Assembly (NCBI RefSeq): GCF_009914755.1 | Contig: NC_060928.1 | Length of the DNA: 64,000 bases | Strand: one strand, 5' to 3' | DNA from: the human T2T-CHM13v2.0 reference genome, Homo sapiens | Notes under the pieces: generated by a model | The model's database searches: none | What the model saw: only the letters and a program-made list of their open reading frames with translations | Told to the model about the DNA's origin: nothing | Program-made: the position numbers and the translations under genes | Part shown: in pieces, positions 33,774 through 48,073 of the stretch | Numbering within the stretch: position 1 is the stretch's first letter | Layout of the letters: the number at the start of each line of letters is the position of its first letter

Positions 33774-36700
33774 GTCTGATTGCTCTGGCTAGGAGTTCCA
33801 GTGCTATGTTGAAGAGGAGTGGTGAGAGTGGGCATCCTTGTCTTGTTCCAGTTCTCAGAGGGAATACTTTCAACTTTTCCCCATTCAGTATTATGTTGGC
33901 TGTGGGTTTGTCATAGATGGCTTTTATTACATTGAGGTATTTCCCTTGTATGCTGATTTTGCTGAGAGTTTTAATCATAAAAGGATGTTGGATTTTGTTG
34001 AATGCTTTTTCTGCATCTATTAAGATGATCATGTGATTTTTGTTCTTAATTCTCTTTATGTGGCGTATCACATTTATTGACTTGCATATGTTAAACCATC
34101 CCTACATCCCTGGTATGAAACCAACTTGATCAGGGTGGATTATCTTTTTCATATGTTGTTGGATTCGGTTAGCTAGTATTTTGTTAATTTTAGCATCTAC
34201 GTTCATCAGGGATATTGGTCTGTAGTTTTCTTTTTTGGTTATATCCTTTCCTGGTTTTGGTATTAGGTTGATGCTGGCTACATAGAATGATTTAGGGAGG
34301 GTTCCCTCATTCTCTATCTTGTGGAATAGTGTCAGTAGAATTGGTACCAATTCTTTGAATGTTTGGTAGGAATCTTCTGTGAATCTGTCTGGTTCTGGAC
34401 TTTTTTGTTGTTGGTAATTTTTAAGTTACCATTTCAATCTCACTGCTTGTTATTGGTCTGTTCAGGTTACCTAATTCTTCCTGATTTAAGCTAGCAGGGT
34501 TCTGTCTTTCCAGGAATTTATCCATCTCTTCTAGGTATCCTGGTTTATGTGTGTAAAGGCGTTCATAGTAGCCTCGAATAATCTTTTGTATTTCTGTGAT
34601 GTCAGTTGTAATATCTCTCATTTCATTTCTTATTGAGCTTTTTTGGATTTTCTCTCTTCTTTTCTTGGTTAATCTTGCTCATGGTCTATCAATTTTATTT
34701 ATTTTTTCAAAGAATCAGTTTTTTGTTTCATTTATCTTTTGTATTGGGGGTTCAATTTCATTTATTTATGCTCTGATCTTGCTTATTTCCTTACTTCTGC
34801 TGGTTTTGGGTTTGGTTTTTTTCTTGTTTCTCTAGTTCCTTGAGGTGTGACCTTAGATTGTCTGTTTGTGCTCTTTCAGACTTTCTGATGTGTTTGGGGC
34901 TTTGAATTTCCTGTTAGCACCACCTTTGCTGTATCCCAGATGTTTTGATAGATTGTGTCACTATTGTCGTTCAGTTCAAAGAATTTTCAAATTTCCATCT
35001 TGATTTCACTTTTGACCCAGTGATCATTCAGGAGCAGGTTATTTAATTTCCATGATTTGCATGGTTTTGAAGGTTTCTTTTGGAGTTGATTTCCGGTTTT
35101 GTTTCACTGTGGTCTGAGAGTGCCTGATATAATTTCAATTTTCTTAAATTTATTGAGGCTCATTTTGTGGCCTATCATATTGTCTATCTTGGAGAAAGTT
35201 CCATGCACTGTCAAATAGAATGTATATTCTGCAGTTGTTGGAAGGAATGTTCTGTATATATCTGTTAAGTCCATTTGTGCCAGGGTATAGTTTAAATCCA
35301 TTGTTTCTTTGTTGACTTTCTGTCTTGATGACCTGTCTAGTGCTGTCAGTGGAGTACTGAAGTCTCCCACTACTATGGTGTTGCTGTCTATCTCATTTCT
35401 TAAGTCTATTAGTAATTGCTTTATAAATTTGGGAGCTCCAGTGTTAGGCGCATATATGTTTAGGATTGTGATAGTTTCCTGTTGGACAAGGCCTTTTATC
35501 ATTATATAATGTTCCTCTTTGTCTTTTTAACTGCTGTTGCTTTAAAGTTTGTTTTATCTGATGTAAGAATCCTGCCTGCTTTTGGTGTCATTTTGCATGA
35601 AACGTCTTTTTCCACCCCTTTATCTTAAGTTTATGTGAGTCCTTATGTGTTAGGTGAGTCTCCTGAAGGCAACAGACAGTTGGTTGGTGAATTCTTATCC
35701 ATTCTGTAATTCTTTATCTTTTAAGTGGAGCATTTTGGCCATTTACATTCAATGTTAGTATTGAGATGTGAGGTGCCATTCCATTCATTGTACTACTTGT
35801 TGCCCATATACTTTGGTTTTTTGTTTTTTAAATTGTATTTTTGTTTTATAGGTTCTGTGAGATATATGCTTTAAAGAGGTTCTGTTTGATGTGTTCCCAG
35901 GATTTGTTTCAATATTTAGAGCTCTTTTTAGCAGTTCTTGTAGTGGTGACTTGGTAGTGGTGAATTCTTTCAGCTTTTGTTTATCTGAAAAAGACTGTAT
36001 CTTTCCTTCATATATGAAGCTTGGCTTCACTGGATACACAATTGTTGGCTGATAATTGTTTTGTTTGAGGAGGCTGAAGATAGATAGAATCCCTTCTAGC
36101 TTGTACAGTTTCTGCTGAGAAATCTGCTATTAATCTGATAGGCTTTCCTTTATAGGCTACCTGGTGCTTTTGTCTCACAGCTCTTAAGATTCTTTCCTTT
36201 GTCTTAATTTTAGATAACCTGATGACAATGTGCCTAGGTGATGATCTTTTTGTGATGAATTTCCTAGGTGTTTTTGTGCTTCTTGTATTTGGATGTCTAG
36301 GTCTCTAGCAAGGCCATGGAAATTTTCCTAGATTCTTCTCCCAAATATGTTTTCCAAACTTTTAGAATTCTTAGATTTGGTTGGTTAACATAATGCCAGA
36401 CTTGTTGGAGGCTTTGTTCATATTTTCTTATTCTTTTTTGTCTTTGTTGGATTGGATTAATGCAAAGACCCTGTCTTCAAGCTCTAAATTTCTTTCTTCT
36501 ACTTGTTTAATTATGTTGCTGAGATTTTCCAGAGCATTTTGCATTGCTCTAAGTGTGTCCATTGTTTCCTGAAGTTTTGATTGCTTTTTATTCTTGCTAT
36601 CTATTTCATTATTTCTCCCTTCACTTCTTGTATCATTTTTTTTTTATTTCCTTAAATTGGGCTTCATCTTTCTGTGGTGTCTCCCTGATTAGCTTAATAA

Positions 36701-37310
36701 CTAACCCCCTGAATTCATTTTCAGGTAAATCAGGGGTTCTTCTCAGCTTGGATCCATTGCTGGTGAGCTAGTGTGATTTTTGGGGGGTGTTAAAGAACAT
36801 TGTTTTTTTATATTACCAGAGTTGGTTTTCTGGTTCCTTCTCATTTGGGTTGGCTCTATCAAAGGAAAGGTCTAGGGCTGAAGGCTGTTGTTCAGATTCT
36901 TTTGCCCCACAGGGTGTTCCCTTGATGTAGTACTCTCACCCTTTTCCTATGGATGTAGCTTCCTGAGAGCCAAGCTGTAGTGATTATTATCTCTCTTCTG
37001 GATCTAGCCACCCAGCAAGTCTACCAGGCTCTGGGCTGGTACTAGGGGTTGTCTGCACAGAGTCCTGTTACATAAACCATCTGTGGGTCTCTCATCTGGG
37101 GATACCAGTACAGTATTTGGAGTGTTTCCTGGGTCCTGAAGGAGCAATCCACTTCCTTCAGAGAGGTCTCTGGGTACTCCCAGGTTTCCTGATTTATTCC
37201 TACAGTCATTCTGGTGCAAAAATTCATGACACGAGCCTCCACACACTGCTCTGTCTATCTGAGTCAGAGCTGCAATCTAGTCCTGCCTCCCATCCACCAT
37301 GATCCCTCCT
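30727..37310 (-). mobile_element. Near-full-length L1PB-type LINE-1 (L1PB1-like 3' end, L1PBa-like 5' end), ORFs disrupted
   Basis: ORF2 fragments include endonuclease (ITILNIYAPNTGAPKFIKQLL, 35104-35502), RT ([12 protein letters not shown]; [15 protein letters not shown]) and the C-terminal part (32131-32983). ORF1 remnant at 35785-36039. Poly-T at about 30730. Confidence 0.93.
30923..31915 (+). mobile_element. MER11-family (HERV-K11/HML-8) solo LTR inserted in the L1 3' UTR
   Basis: Starts TATTGCGGGAAGTCA and ends GGGGGCTGGTTCCCCC. 6-bp TSD CATTCT (30917-30922 and 31916-31921). AATAAA at 31728. Confidence 0.9.
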
Positions 37311-37858
37311 CTTAGGGAGTAAGTCCTCCAGCCCTCAGCATGATTGGGGTGGCCTCAGAGACTTGCAACTGATGTTGATAGCTCCTTGGAATATTGGAAA
37401 TTTAGTGGACTTGAGATTTGCATCCTGGTTTAGATTTTGCATCCTGGTTTGCTAATTTAGATTTGCATCCTGGTTTGCTAATTTCTGACAGCACTGTAGC
37501 CTTGGGAAAATTATTTAACTGCCCTGAACCTTGTTGTTGCCATTTTTTATTAGCATAATGGGAATAGATTCTTCTAATCAAGGTATGGTAAATAGAAATG
37601 ATTGACATAAAACTCTTCACACCAGGCCTGGCACAAATTGAGTCCTTAATTACAGTAAATATTAAGATTATTATTATTTTCCTGTGAGATAGTTCCTGGA
37701 GCTTATTATTAAATAATTCATTGTAATTGTATTAAGTTTCTGGTTAAATAACATAATCAAATACAAAGGGCTCAAAGAAATCCAGAGTAAGGAAAAAAAA
37801 TTATTGGGGAAGAGAGTATGGTTGTACCTGAAAATTTTAAGATTTTAAGTCTTTTAGG

Positions 37859-38154
37859 GGCTGGGCACAGTGACTCATGCCTGTAATCCTAGCACTTTGG
37901 GAGGCCGAGGTGAGTGGATCACCTGAGGTCAGGAGTTTGAGATCAGCCTGGCCAACATGGTGAAACCTGCATCCCTACGAAAATTTAAAAAATTAGCTGG
38001 GCTTGGCACACATCTGTAGTCCCCCAGCTACTCAGGAGGCTGAGGCAGGAGAATCACTTGAACCCAGGAGGTGGAGGTTGCAGTGAGCCAAGATTGTGCC
38101 ACTTGACTCCAGCCTGGGCAACAGAGTGAGATTCTGTCTGAAAAAAAACAAAAA
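37859..38154 (+). mobile_element. AluS
   Basis: Alu consensus. Confidence 0.9.
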
Positions 38155-38928
38155 CTTAGGTAAATATGAAATCACGCTAACCTATATAATGTTGTGCCTT
38201 AAATATACCTGAAGACTTTTGCAGAGTCCATAGTGGAAATATTGTTGCTTATTACCCTTCCCCAAAACTGGCTTTCAATTTAGCTTTCTCAGACATGACA
38301 AATTATCTATGTGATATAAGCCTCCTAACTTTTGTTGCTGCTGCCACTTCTTCCACAGGCCTACCCCTAACATTAACAGAACTGGGGCAAGAAAACAAAT
38401 GGATATCTATGTACTACATTACTAAATATTTAAAATCAAACTAATGAGCTGTTAAAATGAGTTTTTGTCCTCACCTTGAAAAACAAACCTTCATAACCAA
38501 AATATTAAAAATCTATAAAGCAATGATTTTAATATGATTAAAACCTAGCAAAATGTCAAAGACAACTGGATTTAATTATTATTGTACATGTCTGGTTAGG
38601 TCTGTTGATGGGTCAGGGGTACTCATATTAGTAATAAAATAGAGATATACATAAATGTAAGTTATTATGTATTATATATAATTTACTTTTCTGCCTTCTC
38701 AGAAAAATACTAAATATATTGTGATAATCAAGATTTTACATTATTTGGTGGTAGTGCTGTTTCACAACGCTTTGAGTCATTATAGATTGTAGTAATTTTT
38801 ATCAATTCCTACTTGTACAAACTTTGCATTGTCTCAACACAATTTATAAAATGAGACAGCTTCACAAATAAATCATGAATTTTAAATATTATATTCAAAC
38901 ATTGCAGTGGGCTCCCACAAATCAACAA

Positions 38929-39082
38929 TAGATGCTTCTTGACTTAAAATGTGATTATGTCCCAATAAACCTATCATAAATTGAAATAATCATAAGTTGA
39001 AAAGGCATTTAATACCCCAATACACCCACCATAAAGTAGAAAAATCATAAGATGAACCATCATAAGTAAAGGAACATCTGTA
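38929..39082. mobile_element. Tigger4-like DNA transposon fragment
   Basis: Terminal motifs agatgcttcttgactta ... cataagtaaaggaacatctg. Confidence 0.6.
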
Positions 39083-39569
39083 TACTGTAGTCTAAGTTTT
39101 TGCTCATGAAAAAGTAGCTTGACTTCAAACTGGACAAAATGCACAAAACAACAACAGAAGTATGGCATTAGAGAAATGGGGGAAAAATGAGTTGAACCCT
39201 GTCCAAAGACCATTTTTAATCTGTGACATGAGAAAAATAAACCAAGCACAGCCCAGCAGTCTTGTTTAGCTAAGGAGTCAGAAATATGACCTTGGAGATT
39301 GAAGTAGCCAGAATTTTCAGAGCAAAGTACTAGAGAAGAGGAAGCAATGTAGAGAAAGAACCAGAAATCTGCAGAGAGGTCTTTTCCAGTCTTTGTGGAA
39401 TGCTAATCTGGACATGCATAAATGAAAATTCCACAGACTGGACAAAGAATAACTTCCAAGGTATTAACAGTTAAATAATCCCAAAACTCACACAGACCTT
39501 GGAGATATTCAAGTTACTACCTGTAGACTGGAGAGATTCAGTGAAGACCTCAGGCATTAATAATGCTTA

Positions 39570-39880
<311 letters not shown>

Positions 39881-39947
39881 ATTTAAATGCTTACATGAAA
39901 AGCCACACTTCAATAGCAGGGCTAACCTAACTCTAGGTTAAAGGATA

Positions 39948-40420
39948 CAGTACCCCCTTATTTGTGGTTTTACTTTCAACAACTTTATTTACTTGTGGTT
40001 GAGCATGGTCTTAAAATATTTAATGCAAAATTCCAAAAATAAACAATTCATAAGTTTGACATATTATCAGAAGGTCAATAGTAGCCTGATGCTATTTCAC
40101 AATGCCAAGTCATTCATCTCCTTCGTCTCATCACATAGGCATTGTATCATCTCATATCATCACAAAAAAGGTGAATATAGTATAAGATGTTTTGAGAGAA
40201 AGAGAGAGAGACCACATTCACATAACTTTTCTTAAAGTATATTGTTATAATTGTTCAATTTTATTATCAGGTGTTAATCTCTTTCCATGCCTAATTTATA
40301 AATTGAATTTTATCATAGGCAAAAATACATAGTGTATATAAAATTTGGTACTGTCCATGGTTTCAGGCACCCCCTGGGGGTCTTGGAACATATTCCCTGC
40401 AGATAAAAGAGAGCTATGAT
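39948..40420. mobile_element. MER44 (Tigger7-family) DNA transposon
   Basis: cagtacccccttat ... ggggtcttggaacatattccctgcagataa, MER44-like ends. Confidence 0.7.
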
Positions 40421-40626
40421 ACTTTCAATCTGCCATATAAGTCTTAAAAGAAGCTCATAAAGGATCAAACTAATTTGCAAATAATTCAAATTCCTTCCCC
40501 TCTTTTAAGGAGGCAATAAAATCCAAACACTTCACAATATGGACTAATAATGTCTGGCATTCAATCAGAAATTACTAGACACATAAAGAAGCAGGAAAAT
40601 GTGACCCATAATCAGGAAAAAAATCA

Positions 40627-40972
<346 letters not shown>

Positions 40973-41411
40973 TGGATTAGCAAACAAGGACATTAAAATA
41001 TGTATTATAAATATGCTCAAGAATTCAAAATAAATCATTTATATAATCAACAAACAAATTTAAAACACAGGAAAAAATAACAGAACTTCTAGAAATTAAA
41101 ATATCTGAAATTAAAAATTTATTAGATGTCTGTTCAGTAGAATAGAAAATGTAGATGATAAAATCAGTGAATGTGAAGACATAGCAATTGAAGCTGCCAA
41201 AATAAAGCAAAAAGAGATAAAACATTGGAATCTTAGTAACTCATGGAACCATATTAATTGGATCAACATGTGTAATTGGTACCCTAGAAGCAAGGAGGTA
41301 AAAACAAATATTTGAAGAAATAATGTCCAATAATTTTCCAAATTTGATGAAAAGTATAAAATTACATATTCAAGAATTTCAATGAACCCCAAGCAGAATA
41401 AAAACAAATAA

Positions 41412-41746
<335 letters not shown>

Positions 41747-42217
41747 CAACAATAAGTGATTTTTTAAAAAAATTAAACAGCCAGAGGGAGAAAGTAGGCA
41801 CATTACATACAGTGGGGGAAGGGGGGGGTGGGAAGGATAATCACAGACTTGTAAATGAGAAACAATGTAAGCTTAGAATATAACAAAGTAGTATTTTTAA
41901 TGTGCTGAAAGTAAAGAAATACTGTTAATTTATACTTTTGTACCTAGGGAAAATAGCTTTTGAAAATAAAGGCAAAATACATCTTTTTCAAACAAACAAA
42001 AACTGGGAGAACTTATTGCCAGCAAATCTACATTATAGGAAATATCAAAGGTACCAATCTTTAGCCTTGAATCTAACCACATCAATTTTTATAAAATATG
42101 TACTCAGACTAAAAGGCTAATTAAAAGCAAAGATTTTCAGATTGGTTACAAAAGTAAAATGCAACTAAATGTCATTTATGAGAAATAAGCTTTAAATAAA
42201 AAGACACAGATAGGTTA

Positions 42218-42556
<339 letters not shown>

Positions 42557-44541
42557 CTAATAACACAGCTGATTTAGCTATATTAATATCAGACAAAGTA
42601 AATTCCAAATCAGAAAGTATTACCAGAATAAACAGGGACATTTAATAATGATAAAATTGTCTATTAATTAAGGAGACATAATAATCCTACTTGTGTTTGT
42701 ATCTAATGACCAAGTTAAACAAATTTAAAAATTGGCAATAAACTACATTTAGAGCAAGCAACTTAACCCAATTGACATTTCTAAAACACTACACCCAGCA
42801 ACTGCAGAATACACATTCTTTTCTATTTAACTTGGAACATCCACCAAGACAGATCATATGCTGGGCCATAAACCAAATCTCAACACATTTCAAAGAACTA
42901 TTATTGTTCAGAATATGCTCTGTGTCCAAAAGAGGATTAAACTGATAACCAATAACAGAAGGATATCTGGAAAAGCTGCAGTTATCTGGAAATCAAGGAA
43001 CACATTCCTTCATAACCCATGGGTCAAAGAAGAAATTGCAAAGAAAACTTTAAAATATTTTGAACTAAATGATAATAAACATTATTAATAAACACAATAT
43101 ATCAAAATTTGTGGGATGGAGCTAAAGCAGTATTTGGAGGCAAATGTTAGCTTTAAACATTTGTAGTGAAAGAGAATAAAGGTTTAAAATCAAAGTCTAA
43201 ACTTTCACCTTAGAAACTGGAAAAAGGATAGCAAATTAAACTCCAAGTAGAAGGAAGGAGGTAATAAAAATAAGAGTAGATATCAATTAAAATTTAAAAA
43301 TAGGTAAGGAAAATCAATAAAGGTAAGAGCTAGTTCTTATAAAGATTCATAAAATTGAAAACCTCCTAACTAGACTGATTGAGAAAAAGATTACCAAGTA
43401 TAAGCTAGGTACAGTACTAGGCTGGACAGCAACATTTTTGCAAAAAGCCTCAAGCCCCACTCTGTAAAGACAGACCACAACACTGTAGTAGAGAAAGTTT
43501 AATAGATACAAGACTAGTCATGCCACATGGGAAATGGAGTTTGTACTCAAATGATCTCCTCCAAAGGTCTTAGGTCAGGGGTTTTTCAAAGGCAGTTTGG
43601 GGGAAGGGAGGGGGTGGCCAGGTAATAGGTGCTTGCTGTTGATTGACTGGGGTGGAGATGAAATAGGCGTCAAAGCTGCCCTTCTGTGGGCTGAATTGCT
43701 TCTGGGTGGGACCATAGGAGCTGGGTTGGCTGGTCCAGGTGGAGCCGTGGGTGTCAGACATGCAAAAAAAAAAAAAACAAAAACAAAAAACCCTGAAAAG
43801 ATATCTCAAAAGGCCAGTGTTAGGTTCTACAATATTGATGTTATTTGCAGGAGTAATTGGGGAAGCTCATATCTTATAACCTCCGGAATAATGGCTGGCA
43901 ATGGTTTATGTCTGCACCTTAGCAGGACTCAGGCTCCCCTCCTCCCCACAGCCTGATGGCCTCCCATTAGCTTTATAAAAGTGAATGAGTTTTAGGATAA
44001 GACTTATTATCATTTAAACCATAGCCTAAATATCTTTCAAAGTTAGCTTGGTCCTGTGAACCCTGAAAATCTGAGACATGTCTCAGTTAATTTACAAAAT
44101 TTATTTTGCCAAGGTTGAGAACACAACCCCATGACACAGCCTCAGGAGGTCCTGACGACATGTGCCCAAGGTGGTCAGAGCATCACTGGGTTTTATACAT
44201 TCTAGGGACACATGAGACATCAATCAACATATGTAAGGTGAACACTGGTTCTGTCTGGAAAGGCAGGATAACTCAAAGCAAAAGCAGGAAGATTGGAAGC
44301 AGGGAGGGGGCTTTCAGGTCATAGGTAGATAAGAGACAAATAGTTGCATTATTTTGAGTTTCTGATTAACCTCTCCAAAGGAGGCAATCAGATATGCATT
44401 TATCCCAGTGAGCAGAGGGCTGACTTTGAATAGAATGGGAGGCAGTTTGGCCCTAAGCAGTTACCAACTTAACTTTTTTCTTTAGCTTAGTGACTTAGGA
44501 GCCCCAAGATATATTTTCCTTTCACATTTTCCCCCCTTTTC

Positions 44542-45541
44542 TGTGGGCAGCAAGTCACCCAGGTGCCGAGGCAAGAGACCAAGGACACGAGCTATTCCAG
44601 TATAATAAAATATAAAATAAGAATAGTTATACCAGATATAGATCTTAGATATGATTATATATGAATATTATTAATCATTAGTTTGTAGCAATTACTCTTT
44701 ATTCCAATATTATAACAACCCTCGCTCTATAATCATAACCTAGGAAAAACCAGGCCATACAGAGATAGGAGCTGAGGAGACATTGGGAGAAGTGACCAGA
44801 AGACAAGAGTGTGAACCTTCTGTTATGCCCAGACAGGGCCACCAGAGGGCTCCTTGGTCTAGCAGTAATGCCAGCATCTGGGAAGATGCCCTTTGCCAAG
44901 TGGACCGTGGTCTAGTGGTAGCATTAGTGTCAAGGAAAAACACCTGCTACTTAGCAGACCAGGAAAGGGAGTCTCCCTTTCCCCAGGGGAGTTTAGAAAA
45001 GACTCTATCCTCCACCTCTTGTGGAAGGCCTGACATTAGTCAGGCCCGCCCGCAGTTATCCAGAGGCCTAACCATCTCTCTGTGATGCTGTGCTTCAGTG
45101 GTCATGCTTCTAGTCCGCCTTCATGTTCCATCTTGTACACCTGGCTCTGCCGTTTAGTTAGCAGTAGCAAATTAGTGAAAGTACTAAGTCTCTGAGAAGC
45201 AGAAATAATAATGTAAGCTGTTTCTCTCTTTCTCCTCTCTCTCTCTGCCTCAGCTGCCAGGCAGGAAAGGGCCCCCTGTCCAGTGGACACGTGACCCATG
45301 TGGCCTTACCTATCATTGGAGATGGCTCACACTCCTTACCCTGCCCCTTTGTCTTGTATCCAATAAATATCAGCGCAGCCTGGCATTCAGGGCCACTACC
45401 GGTCTCCGCGTCTTTGTGGTAGTGGTCCCCCAGGCCCAGCTGTCTTTTTTTAATCTCTTTGTCTTGTGCCTTTATTTCTACACTCTCTCATCTCTGCACA
45501 CGAGGAGAAAACCCACCGACCCTGTGGGGCTGGACCCTACA
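44542..45541 (+). mobile_element. LTR13 (HERV-K13/HML-4) solo LTR
   Basis: TGTGGGCAGCAAGTCACCCAGGTGCCGAGG ... GGGGCTGGACCCTACA, 1000 bp. 6-bp TSD CTTTTC. AATAAA at 45362. Confidence 0.88.
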
Positions 45542-46176
45542 CTTTTCTTTTAAAAAATCCTTTGGAGAAAGCATTTTAGAAGAAAATGCGTCTCTAGTCT
45601 GAGGTTTTGTCCGATCTCTCATGGCTAGGATGGTTTATTCCTAGATGGGTAGGTCCCAAGTTATTTAGGAAGGCTCACTTTTAGCAGGCTGTAAAGTCTC
45701 ATGTCCTATAAAGAGAAAATAGGAGGAGGAAGGGAGAAAAACAAGAACAAACAAAGGAACAATCCTGGAAAATGCATATAGGCCACACTACTCTGAAGTC
45801 CACATATCAATAGACAGGCAGTAAGTGGCTTATGTATGTAAATAGGTTGTTGTTATTTTCTTCTGAAGTTTAAGTTGTCTAGCTTCTGTTCACAGGGCTT
45901 TATGAATGCACAGCTTAGTTTTCAGTGACTCCAAATTAGGATAAATGGGGGAGTGGGGGTGGGGGTAAAGAAGGAAAAGAAACTGAAAGCAATATTTTGA
46001 AGGCTTGTAGCCAAGAAAAATTAGAACTCAGTCCAAACTGTAGAAAATAATAAAAGTTGAAAAACATTAGGCAAGACTGGAATCTAAGAACAGGTGTACT
46101 ATAGTTTTTGAAACATAATTTTTCCTCTCCAGTTTCCCATTTTTACTAAAGACAAATCGTGGTTGGACTGATTTGC

Positions 46177-46182
46177 TTTTTT

Positions 46183-46214
<32 letters not shown>

Positions 46215-46497
46215 TTTGAGATGGAGTCTTGCTCTTGTTGCCAGGATGGAGTGCAGAGGTGTGATCTCAGCTCACTGCAACCTCCGCCTCCGAGGTTCAA
46301 GCAATTATCCTGCCTCGGCCTCCTGAGTAGCTGGGATTACAGGCATGTGCCACCACGCCTGGCTAATTTTTGTATTTTTAGTAGAGATGGGGTTTCTCCA
46401 TCTTGGCCAGGCTGGTCTCGAACTCCTGAACTCATGATCCATCCACCTTGGACTTCCAAAGTGCTGGGATTACAGGTGTGAGCCACCACGCCCGGCC
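46177..46497 (-). mobile_element. AluS in MER4-int, with a (TTTA)n tail
   Basis: Alu consensus with TSD ctga(t/c)ttgcttt. Confidence 0.9.
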
Positions 46498-47695
46498 CTG
46501 ACTTGCTTTATTATACTTGGCCTGATTATTTGTTTACAGTGCAACAAAAATAATTTTTTTACATAGGCTTTTAAATTGGCTTTGATGGTACTTTATTCCA
46601 TAGAAGAAATCTCACATAAGACTTTTTTAAAGTCAAACCCAGCCATGGATTTGTACCATCAAATACCTATGAGTTGGGTAAATTCCTTTCCTGTTGAGGT
46701 TCCAAGATAAACCTGGGGCTCCTGGACCTGTCAGAAAGTGACATTCTTTACTTACCACAGGTCAGGAACCCTGTACAGGGACTGTATAGACAAAAGTATG
46801 AGGCCAGTTTTCCCAAGGGGCTTGTATTGATTCCATAAGCCAAGTTTGATTCCTTAAAGCAAAGCACACCATCCCAGTAAAGAGCCTCGGTAAAGTAACT
46901 AGTTTCTCCAATTGTGTCCTGTTACAAATGAAAACAGATTCTTATTGCATTTATGCAAATAACTGTATTGTCGTAAGTTAAGAATACTCACAAATAGTTT
47001 CCAAATTCTGTAGAAATCAGGTACAGAGAAAGAAATATGCTCCAAATTTTATTCATAGGAGTATACTTACTCAATTGTTAGAATCTGTAAATAGCTTAAA
47101 CATTTTCTTGACTTTGAAAAACAAAAGAATCAGCACCATTTTAGGCAAAAAGTTAAACAGATTACTTCAGACTTCTATTAGTTTAATCCATGAAGTTAAT
47201 TCCTATTCTGCTTGATATTCATGAATATTTTATCTCTCTATGAGTCCTGAAAGTTTTTCATCTATTCTGATGTCACAATCTCCAATGTTATCAGAAACCT
47301 GTGTTCAAGAGCACCTGTTAGAGTTTTATAAAACTACCTTCTAAAGAGAACCAAAAAAAGACAATAATTGTCCATGGATGACAAAAAGTTTTAGGGCAGC
47401 CATAGTCAAAGACACAATTGATGAGGAAATTTGTTACCTCTGTTGCACACAATAATTTAACATAACAATTATAATTATTACTGATAATGTACACTAAGTC
47501 GTATCAGAATTATAGAAGTTTCCCATAATTTTAGAATACATACCAATAACATTTTTATACAAATACAGCCCAAAGAAAACCAAACACCATTTCTTATTTG
47601 ATGGTGTTTCCTGTATAATTTTTATACCAAATAACCAAATATGTCATTTTTTGACATTAGGGAACCTATTAATAATATCTTAAAGGATTAATTAG

Positions 47696-48073
<378 letters not shown>

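Noticed and set aside
32131-36039. L1 ORF1/ORF2 fragments with RT and endonuclease motifs
   Set aside because: Broken by many stops and frameshifts and by a (TTTA)n expansion at about 33735-33772. This is an inactive old L1.
37414-37485. Three short repeats of agatttgcatcctggttt containing an octamer-like ATTTGCAT
   Set aside because: Looks like local slippage at the start of a MIR. Spacing is irregular, it is not a CRISPR-like array, and there is no evidence of function.
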